Positions 1 through 8,786 of a stretch of DNA of 64,000 nt are shown piece after piece; within the stretch, counting starts at the first letter, position 1; every line of letters begins with the position of its first letter. Source of the stretch: Paramoeba atlantica (taxonomy: Eukaryota > Protista > Discosea); assembly GCA_977017575.1 (NCBI GenBank), contig CDRNVI010000070.1:1-64000 (forward strand), read 5' to 3'. The notes under the pieces are model-generated. The model was not told where the DNA came from and searched no databases. It saw only the letters and a program-made list of their open reading frames with translations. A program made the position numbers and the translations under genes.

Positions 1-797
1 CCCCCACGCACTGGCCATATTTCTCTCTTTTCCCGTGGTACTCTCTTTGTACCTCGGAGCTCGTACGATATATTGGCAACGGGCTCCCATAAAATGCATG
101 TCTCATCCCCAGTTAAAACTACAGAATATCCCCCTCTGTCGACGTTCGTTAACGGTGACCATGTTGAAAAAATCTTTAACTCGTTCATCCATATCTGTTA
201 GAACGAGCTGGGTACATCCATTTACCTGACGACGATTTGCCTGACGAGGATTTACAAAATCTGAGCCAAAATCTATCTTTGCCTTTCTCACTAAGGTCAC
301 GAGAGTGTTCGGAACTTTCAGCGAAGTAGTTCATCATCATGGCTTTCGTCATCCCAACTAATGCCTCTCTCAAAATCTGAATAGTTTCCATGCCTCCCTC
401 ATAAATTTCACGATTTTTCAAGGGGGGGGGTGATATTGATAATCATGACCGTACCCTAGTCGCACCAATTTATGCCATTCACGTTTCCTATTGTACATCT
501 ATTCCTATTGTATATCTTGGCCACCGCGCTCTTGTCAATGTCTTTGCTTTTGTAGATATGGGAAATCGTTTTAACTGCATCTACTGATGCACAAATATTG
601 CGTTTTTCTAAAATAGTGAGTTGGGTTCGCCTTTTTCTTTTCTCAACAACACGTTCTTCTGCATCTGATTTTTCGATCTGAGATACAGTTGTGGCGTCCT
701 CCGGTGAAGGAATAATTACAACAGGTTGAGCAGGGATGAAGCACTGTCGAACGTAATGTGAGTTGAATAATAAATGTGAGAGAGGACCGTGGGGCAT
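1..797 (-). pseudogene. pogo/Tigger-type (Tc1/mariner superfamily) transposase, disrupted, runs off the window start
   Basis: ORF 456-797 carries a psq-like HTH (KRRTQLTILEKRNIC...KSAVAKIYNRNRCTIGNV). ORF 185-421 resembles the CENP-B/Tc5 HTH (..KDRFWLRFCK). The minus strand near 60-105 reads GDETCILWEP, like the pogo first catalytic D motif. A stop at 456 and a frameshift near a G run at 421-431 break the frame. Confidence 0.7.
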
Positions 798-889
798 GTT
801 ATATTAGTAATGCAAAAATAGAAAATCGGGTGACTATGCAAGGTCATGGAACGTGAGTTAATTAATTTCTTAAAACTTGAAAACGAGGG

Positions 890-928
890 TAAGTCAGGGG
901 GGAAAGCGAGTTCAACCCCCCTGACTTA
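890..928. repeat. 13-bp perfect inverted repeat (TAAGTCAGGGGGG / CCCCCCTGACTTA), probably abutting transposon ends
   Basis: Read directly from the sequence. Same motif-plus-G/C-run design as the other MITE ends in the window, and it lies just upstream of the pogo transposase. Confidence 0.6.
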
Positions 929-1216
929 GCCATTTTTCAAAAAGTGCGCCCATGTGCGACCGTCAGAAGAGGTTCCAAAAAACAAGTTTTACCGCGGCAC
1001 TTTCTATCGGAGCATAACCAATGCGCTTCCTTAAGAGTACGCACCTGTGGCTCATGACCTTTCCAACAAGTAAAGGCCTCATACATAAGAGCATGATTTT
1101 TATCCGGAATATGATGCTGTCTTCCGTTGCCATACAAAGCAAAGTATAGGACCACTTATCAGCGCATGAAAATTCGGAGCAGCCCGGGCAACCCATTTAG
1201 AGTAAAAGAAGAACAC

Positions 1217-1327
1217 TCGCTCCCGCGCAACCACCCTCACCCCTCCCAAATCCCCCTCCCCCTTGAGTCACCCTCCCGAGCCAAATCCTTGTTACTGAGG
1301 GGTCTATTACTGGGGGGTCTATTACAG
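1217..1327 (-). mobile_element. Truncated copy of pogo/Tc2-like MITE family A
   Basis: Reverse-complement match to 5783-5920 (TCGCTCCCGCGCAACCACCCTCACCCC...GAGCCAAATCCTTGTTACTG). Ends ...GGGGGGTCTATTACAG|TA. Confidence 0.75.
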
Positions 1328-1440
1328 TAATACCCCCCAGTAATATACTGGTGAGTCTACGGTATATCGGAACAAGGGGACGCGCGCAAATAATTGAACG
1401 TTTTAATTCCTGAAGGAAACGTCTCTTTATCCTGTACACG

Positions 1441-1850
1441 TTCCTGTATCCTGTAAACGACAATGGCAGGGGGCCGGACATCTGCTTCCAACTGGGACGG
1501 AGGCTCGCCCTGGTAGATGACACCACAGATGTAAACCCACTGTCCCCGTCCTACGTGGAGAAGGAGGCCGCGGAGCCGTCCCATACTTTGAGGATGGCCG
1601 AGGCCAACAAACGGCGCACTCATGAAGAGATGGCGTCCGTTAGGGGTATGGACTTTTACCCCCTAGCCTTCACCACATACGGGATACTGGGCCCAGAGAC
1701 CTTGAACTTCCTTAACAAGGTGCCCGGGCCCACACGTCCGACAAAAACGAATGTCTTTCGCACCTCCTGATGGCCTTGGGAGTGGCCATTCAGAGGGGCA
1801 ATGCCCAGATCGTGCAGGCGGCGGTACAAGACTGTTACCGCCGCGGTGTA
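1441..1850 (+). mobile_element. 3' remnant of a CRE/SLACS-like non-LTR retrotransposon (restriction-like endonuclease domain)
   Basis: Reads GPDICFQLGRRLALVDDTTDVNPLSPSYVEKEAAEPSHTLRMAEANKRR...FYPLAFTTYGILGPETLNFL. After a frameshift it reads LMALGVAIQRGNAQIV. These match the PD..D, AExxK, FxPLAxET and IQRGNA motifs of CRE-clade RLE domains. Confidence 0.75.
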
Positions 1851-1891
1851 CGGGGATAGCTGGGCGGCGGGTTCAGGAGGGTGAAATTTAT

Positions 1892-3319
1892 CAGGGTTCG
1901 CGGAAACTTTAAAACTTTAAATAAAGTACTTTATAGTAACTTTATTTTTTTTTTAAACTTTATTTTACTTTATTTTTCCTTTTCATTTTTTTAAGGGCAC
2001 TGGCGGGTCTTTAACACATTTACATTTTGAACGTACAAATCCTATGCATAGGGAGTGCACGAAAATATGGGGGGGTCAAAATTCTTATAACTCGGCTAGT
2101 TTGGGGAATCTTTTTCAGCTCCTAAACTAAGTTCGAGAATTATTTTTTAATCCTCGAGCAATCGCTGCCACGAAAGGTTCGTTTACACATCTAGACGCAT
2201 TGTTTTGGAATCTGATTGCATCCGACAGGTCTATCTCTTCAACTTTAAGGATAACAGCTCGGCCCTGAGGCTTGCTACCGATCGTCCTCTGCGAAATCCG
2301 CCAGGCAGTGCTCTAGCAATGGTTTTTTTCGTGAGTTGAATTCCAACACGTTACATCGTGTGATGTACTATTGTTCTGACATAAAGCTTGAAATTCACTC
2401 TTTTCTTCGTTAGCCAAACAGTTGTAACGCATTTTTTTTGCTGCTCACTTCGAATTCTGCCATATATTTATATGGCATATCTTAGAATCAACCTGCGCTT
2501 ATCTTTTACACAGACGCTTTGCCCCCCTCTAAGATGTTGGTAACCTGTCCTGGCTGTGAAGCTGCCCTAAGAGCTTGACATGGCGCTTCACGGGCCCAAA
2601 GATCATCCGAGAGCGCAAAGGTATCTTTTCCAAGCGTCGCGTGGATACTCTCTGAGCATAATAATCCACCAGGTACACTGCGAAGGTGACAGTCTGTTCT
2701 ATTAGGCAGCCGTATTCTGTCGATTATTAAAAGAAAAGAGAAATAAACTTTTTTAAAGTTTTATAGTAAACCCTGTTCCGGGTTATTGTGCCCCCCCTGC
2801 ACAATAACTGGCTCTAGGCACAATAACTAAATACGGTGTATAATCAAATTTTTAAATTTCACTAATGCCGGACACACTCAGCATGGGAAAGAATGGTCGG
2901 GAGCTCCTTGTGGTCTTCTCTGGAACAGTCATCTTTCAGGTGGTACTGGCGCTGACCGTCTCATCTTAATAGATTGTAGAAGTTGTGGAAATATGCTCCT
3001 CTTCTGACTCATCCTTTCTGTCTTCTCCAACAAAAGTTTCCGTCAAAATTGACTTTTTAGGTCGACAGAAGGTTCCACAAGTTCAGTCAAAATAAACTTT
3101 TTAGGTCGACACAAGATTCCACAATGCGATATTTCAGTTGCTTGCAATATTTTTCCTCGGGAGCCCCTGCCGAGATCTCTTCAAAACAGACATTATTTCC
3201 CCTTTAGCGCACCTCATACGTCCAGGAAAACTGTAACAATATGGCATGAACGGGGGTGTAGTAACATTATTCGCAAAAAAAAACTTTATTTTACTTTATT
3301 GAAGTTTCCGCGAACCCTG
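1892..3319. mobile_element. Non-autonomous hAT element, 1428 bp
   Basis: TIRs CAGGGTTCGCGGAAACTT / AAGTTTCCGCGAACCCTG. Perfect 8-bp TSD AAATTTAT at 1884-1891 and 3320-3327. Subterminal ACTTTA-type repeats, no internal ORF. Confidence 0.88.
2045..2105 (+). repeat. Solo copy of the TIR of the Tc1-like element at 27206-28782, nested in the hAT element
   Basis: GTGCACGAAAATATGGGGGGGTCAAAATTCTTATAACTCGGC matches 27206-27260 almost exactly. Confidence 0.8.
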
Positions 3320-3553
3320 AAATTTATTACTTAATGCAAAACAATATTTTTATCGAATTCATAAAATTTACCACTCCTGATGTGAGTGCGTCATGGGGAA
3401 GTATGGTCGGGACCTCGTGGTCTTCTCTGCACTGCTATCTTATCGACAGTACAGATGCCGATCTTCATTAGACAAAAATAGAGGAAAAAAAATAGAGAAA
3501 GAAACATAGACAAAAAAGGAACCAGCCATATTGAAATTTTATGAAAAAATGCT

Positions 3554-3646
3554 GACCCCCTACTTAAGAGTCCGGAAAATTGTGACCCTCCCACTTAAGA
3601 GTCCATATGCCCAAAATCGGCGGACTCTTAAGTAGGGGGGGGACAG
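3554..3646. mobile_element. Right end of a pogo-like MITE (binding motif TACTTAAGAGTCC)
   Basis: Two direct copies of CCCCTACTTAAGAGTCC plus the inverted terminal copy GGACTCTTAAGTAGGGGGGGGACAG|TA. The GCCCAAAATCGG motif before the end is shared with the other MITEs. Confidence 0.6.
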
Positions 3647-3702
3647 TAAAATGTATGCATGCACATACATACACATTACCATTTTACAATTTGAATACAT
3701 AC

Positions 3703-3725
3703 TACCGTATACCCCCCCAGTAATA
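3703..3725 (+). repeat. Solo TIR of MITE family A (TA|CCGTATACCCCCCCAGTAATA)
   Basis: Reverse complement of the family A right ends at 6040-6060, 19275-19298 and 39770-39792. Confidence 0.7.
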
Positions 3726-4227
3726 CAGTGGTCGTCACTATTCCCAGAATCCGTAATTGAACATTGACAGGATTTTTTTATTTTCATTCTCATTTTCGTG
3801 ACTATTCTCATTTTCGCGTTGATTTTGCCGTTGAACGTTGACAAGAAATAGAAAAGAAGTAGAAAAAAAATCTTTGGGTCACCTGCACTCAAACTGTACC
3901 CAAAAATACGCTTTTTCAAAACAAATGTTCCCTTCGGCCAATTTTCTATTTAAAGTCGTTCTGAGCACTATAATTCTATATATAAAACAATAATTTCTGA
4001 AATTTGAAAGATTGTAACCCATTTAAAGTCACTAGAATTTTTTTTAGAATTACATGTACGATAGCGCAGCAAGATCACGGGGGGTAAACTCGTAACTGGG
4101 CGATTTTCATCAACTCCAAGTTCCTTCATTAAGACAAGATACACACCCCTGTACACAGCTGGAAGAACAATCACTAACTACTTGATCCAAGCTCATCTCA
4201 AGGACTAAAGGTAGCCCCCCACTAAGG

Positions 4228-4372
4228 TACCCCCCAGGAAGAATACCCCCCCAGGAAGAATACCCCCCAGGAAGAGTACCCCCCAGGAAGAGTACCCCCC
4301 AGGAAGAGTACCCCCCAGGAAGAGTACCCCCCAGGAAGAGTACCCCCCAGGAAGAGTACCTCCCAGGAAGAG
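4228..4372. repeat. Tandem array of 9 x 16-17 bp units (TACCCCCCAGGAAGAG)
   Basis: Units counted directly. The array is followed by AGATTTGGCC, as in family A MITE subterminal repeats. Confidence 0.9.
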
Positions 4373-4572
4373 AGATTTGGCCCTTCCAGCATGCTCGCTC
4401 AAAAGTGAAAACCATAATGCCTAGACGCTGAAATTTCGATCACCCCCAAGGTCATCACCCTCACCACTGCAGTAGCTGAATTTTTATGCGGGTGTTTCCT
4501 ATTCGAGGCCCAGAGTGCACAACAGGGTCCCTTTTGATCCATTCTCATTCTCATTTCCAAGGCCCTTTTTGA

Positions 4573-4700
4573 GAGATAAAGATACAGTTTCTGTACCTTG
4601 TTGGTACATTTTCCCTAACTCATCCTTTCTTTTCCCGGAAACGGGCATACTCTTAACCTTTTATGTATGTCCGTTTACGGCTGGCGCTAGGGCCGGAAAC
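4573..4700 (+). ncRNA. Spliced-leader (SL) RNA-like sequence, copy 1 (5' end of exon missing; probably a pseudogene)
   Basis: GATACAGTTTCTGTACCTTGTTG|GTAC, with the exon-like end at 4603. It matches 17/19 nt of the conserved kinetoplastid SL 3' end CAGTTTCTGTACTTTATTG and is followed by the GT donor. TGTACC/GGTACA forms a stem across the donor, and a second hairpin pairs 4635-4649 with 4666-4680. Confidence 0.6.
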
Positions 4701-5782
4701 TCTTCTTTCCGTTGAAGAGGGGCCGCCGCTTCGCACACCCGTGCAGCGCGTCAGACGCGCCGAATGCCCCCGCTGGATGGACGCCGGGGAAAACCTCTCA
4801 ACGACGCTGTGTAGCCGAAAGGCTTCTTGCAGCCTCTCAACGACGCCCCCCGCAGTGGAAGTCCAGTGCCCCCTTCACCCCCCCAGGCGCTGCAGGACCT
4901 CCCTTGAGGACCACGCGGCGTGGCCATGGGCCGAATCCCTGCGTACGACCGGTGTTGAATGCGCTGTAATGGCCGTTGATAACGGTCGTCGTACGTCAGG
5001 CGCTCACTCTGCAGGTTTTGCCCTGCATGAAATATAAATAAATGGGTAATGCCCACTTATATTGTACCCACTTTTCGATTTTTTGGGTCAAACTGTGCCA
5101 CAGAGTTGAAGTGGACAGCATAACCTAAAAAGCTACTGGATCACACGCCCGGTCACACAACATAGGGAAACAAGTACGCAATCCTGCGGAAAGGACAAAC
5201 GTTGGTTCTGAGAACACGCCCCCACTCGCTTCAGTGTGCGGGGGCGCTAAAATATAATTCTATCTCAGGGCTACACCCACAGTTGGGCTTTGCTCACAGA
5301 CGTAAGCTACGCTCAAAGTTGGGCCTTACCTCCAGACAGCTAAACTAGGAGTCTTCTCAATATTTCCCACAGCCCTAACATGGGGCAGCATGGTCCAACA
5401 TGGGACCTCCTAGCGGCCTTCCCCGCCACTGCCATGTGGCACTGACGCCAAGCTTTTTTTTTGTGGCATTTTATCTGCCCGCAGGCATTTCATCTGTGCA
5501 TGGGCATTTGGCGTGTAAAGTGGCGAACTTTAAGCATACTGCAACATTTTTTTGACGTAAAGTAGGCGGAAGGAGGAAATGAGATAAAGGGTGTGAAGTT
5601 ACGCTGCGCAAGAAAACATTTCAATGCATTCATAGCATTATTTTGAAAGTGGGTGCAATATAAGTGGTCTGTACCCAAACAAATAAATAATAAATAAACA
5701 AATAAATATGAACGTTGACACGATAATTTGTCATTCTTGAGGGCCATTCTCAATTTCGTGACTCTCAGATTGATGACGACCA

Positions 5783-6060
5783 CTGTAGACCCCCCCAGTA
5801 ACAGAGATTTGGCCATTTTTGGACTGACCCCCAGTAACAAGGATTTAGCTCGGGAGGGTGATTGGAGAGGGGAGGGGGTGACTGGGCGGGGTGAGGGTGG
5901 TTGCGCGGGAGCGAATGGCGTAGTTGCGGGGTTGTCTGGGCAGAAAATCAACGCACCCATGAACAAAAAAGGTCTTTTCCCACCAAAAAAGCTTACCCCC
6001 CAGTAACAGGTATTTGGCGATTTTGGCCCAAAACCCATTCTATTACTGGGGGGTATACGG
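5783..6060 (+). mobile_element. MITE family A, full-length copy (278 bp)
   Basis: Ends CTGTAGACCCCCCCAGTAA... and ...TTCTATTACTGGGGGGTATACGG, with internal CCCCCAGTAAC repeats and CA on both flanks. The CCGTAT terminus resembles Tc2/pogo TIRs. Confidence 0.8.
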
Positions 6061-6794
6061 CATCCCCCCGTATGCTAGCGTTGCCCCGGCACCCCCCTCC
6101 TAGCGTTTTTTTTTTGAGGATGACCAATCCTTATTTCCAATATAATACTACAGATTCTACTATGTACCAATTATTTTAATTAAAAAACAATAATTTTCGT
6201 ACGATAAATTTTAACGATAATAAATTTAGCTTGGATGTAACCCACATACACCCCCATTTGAGCCATATTGCAACATAGATTTTGAGTGCAGGACTCGTTT
6301 GTTCGCAAAAAGAATGCGGCATAAGCGTTCTTTAGGATGGGCTTAAGCTCGGAAAATTATTTGTTTCGTGGGTGTACCCCCTTATCAGGCGTCCCATCGA
6401 GGAAGGAAATCAGAATTTTGCGCTTCATACATGTTTCACATATTCGTGTAAAGATGCTTTTTTTCGGGAAAAAACTAATGCGACCGATAAAAAATGAGTA
6501 GCTGAGGTGGGAAGCACAATCAGAGTGCTTCGGGGGGATGTAAGAGTTGGAGTACTTGGGATTTCGACGTAGAATTGTGAGCAACCAACCGGAAGAGACA
6601 TAGAAATTTAAAAGTGCGCCCTTTGTTGGGTAAAGAAATTGAGTTATCAAATGAAATAAGAGAATAACAACCCTTTACATGATTCTGCTGGAAGTTATTG
6701 TACCTTATCTGACCCACGAGATAAAATACAAAGTAATAGTACAATAATAAATTTAACAGTAAGGTATTAAATTGGAACAGTGGTATTAAATTGG

Positions 6795-6850
6795 AACCCA
6801 ACAGTGGAACCCCAACAGTGGAACCCCAACAGTGGAACCCCAACAGTGGT
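6795..6850. repeat. Tandem repeat of about 14 bp (CCCCAACAGTGGAA) x4, amid further short duplications
   Basis: Seen directly. It lies where the neighbouring transposase frame breaks off. Confidence 0.85.
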
Positions 6851-6871
6851 ATTAGACTTCAACAAGTGGTA

Positions 6872-8233
6872 TTAGACACAACAGTGGTAGAAGTCTTCAC
6901 AATTATCACACCAATGATGTATGATGTGACCTGAAGCATCTATGCCGCCCCAAAGCATAACCTTAGTGGAGTGGTGCGTTCTACTTTTCGCTACTCTGTC
7001 AAATGGACTTTGCCAAGCCCCCCGAGAAAGGTCCCCAGCGAAGATGTAAACTTCATCGGTGAAAACCAGTTTTTTAAAAAATGTTCCCCCCGACAAAGAT
7101 TCTTCTTCTAAAAGAGCCTTGCAGAATTCAACCCGTGCTTCTCTTTGTTTCATAGTCAAAAGAAGCGTGCGCTCCTTACTGCGAAATTTGAAACCGTGAT
7201 AATAAAGATAATTTATAAGAAAATTATAATAAAGATAATTTATAAGAGATGCCGTAGCATGTACTTCGATATTGCCATCCCACCCACACTGAGATATGTG
7301 CATTGAAGAGCATTTAAAGTTCGATGCACTGGATTCAGTGACATCACCTTGGAAAGTAAAGACTTTGCTTTTTTATAATGTTTCCATTCAATCAACGCAG
7401 CGTGAGCGTCACGCACTGATTCAATTCTTGCATTCGCGTCGCCCCGACGCAGTATACGTTTCCTCAGTGCAGCCATGGTGACAAGAAGTTTTTGTTGCTC
7501 TTTTTGTTGAGCTTTGAGAGCGGCTTGTATCTCAACGTATTTTGTTTCCATTGAATCATAATCTTGCCGACGGATTGTGTATTTAAGAGCCATTTCCCGG
7601 CACTCACGTTGCGCCTCGCATCGCGCTTCTTCAGAATCGTGAAATCGTTTTAGAAGATTGCGATACTTACGTTTAACTGTGCGAAGCTCCTTTTTCTGAG
7701 CGAATCTGTTATCTTCAATGACTCTCAGACGCGTAGAAGCGTCGGGAATGATAGAAAAATGCTCGGCAACCACTAGCGTATTGGTTACCTCACAGGAAGA
7801 TTCGGGCGAGTTAATGACCCCGGGAGAAGAAGCCATACCAGGTTCCATAATTTTTTTTAAGGCAACAGCATCTTCCAGAAGTTGCGCATCGAAACAGACA
7901 GCGCTTTCGAAATCCTCAATGGGAACGAATTCCGTCTCGTCTCGAAAACGCTCCGCAAAGTCTTCGTCTTTGTCTTCTGCATGGCGCTCAACGCCCTTGA
8001 GAGAAGCATAAATGGCAATGCTCTCTTCTTCACTCCACTCATCCTCGCAGACAGAGGAACTTTCTTCATCGCTAGGTTCCCAGTCTGGGTCGTCGCTGGC
8101 TGAAAGGGCCGGTCGGAGTTCGTAGCGGTATCGGTAGAAGAAGCAGAAGAAGCGTCAGAAAAGGTTGGCCGACTCTGATCGGACTCGGAGTCGAGAAGAG
8201 AAGGCGTGACTGGGATTATGTCACGAAAAGGCA
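6872..8233 (-). pseudogene. Tc1/mariner (IS630-Tc1) transposase-like pseudogene with a long acidic plus coiled-coil N-terminus
   Basis: Three frames join: MPFRDIIP... (ATG at 8233), a frameshift near 8110 into DDPDWEPSDEE...LLEDAVALKKIMEP... and a coiled coil, then ISKYMLRHL/INYLYYHGFKFRSKERTLLLTMKQREARVEFC...LVFTDEVYIF...KVMLWGGIDASG (Tc1 HTH, first D and VMVWG motifs). A ~28-bp tandem duplication lies at 7200-7250. Confidence 0.7.
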
Positions 8234-8786
8234 TGTTAGGATTAATAAAAAAAGTCGAGCTCAACGAAAAAAAGTGATAAGGTTAAGAAAAATTGATCAT
8301 ATTTTTTATATTTTCGGTAAAGTTAAGAATCGCGAGTTTAAAGCAATTTTCCGACGTTCTCTATAGGGGTTCACACATTTTGCTTTTTATATGATCCGAA
8401 TTGGACTTCAGACGCAAAATTAAAGTATGTTGCATTATTTTCGCATGGGGGTGTACAGTCTGCAACAGAAGTAACACTCGTAAAGTAAAAATGGTCCAAA
8501 AAATGCTAAACAAAGGATGCCTAATAGTTTTGTAAAATAGCAAAACGGGTAGGAAAATCTTTAAAAAACATACGATTTTGTTTGTGCAATACTGGCTCAA
8601 TTCCACCCATTGGTGACACTGCATTATATTTTGTCCACGTGTAAACAGAAAACACTTTATACTTGTTATATTCGTAGTTTGATGAAGAGCGCAAGTCCCA
8701 CCGCAATCCGCAATAGTTACAACCACCGCAATAGTTAGGTGATGTTGCAATGAGGTGATTTTTTTCTAGGATTTTGAAATCATTTT

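Noticed and set aside
4228-4372. CRISPR array
   Set aside because: The units are contiguous with no unique spacers, no cas genes are present and the context is eukaryotic.
5380-5460. HDV-like ribozyme (GCATGGTCC...CTCCTAGC resemblance)
   Set aside because: P1 and P3 need mismatches and the GG for P1.1 is absent, so no consistent double pseudoknot could be built by hand.
6357-6843. C-terminal half of the 6872-8233 transposase
   Set aside because: HNST and FPP-like fragments occur in different frames, but no DN..H or SPDLNPIE motif can be read.
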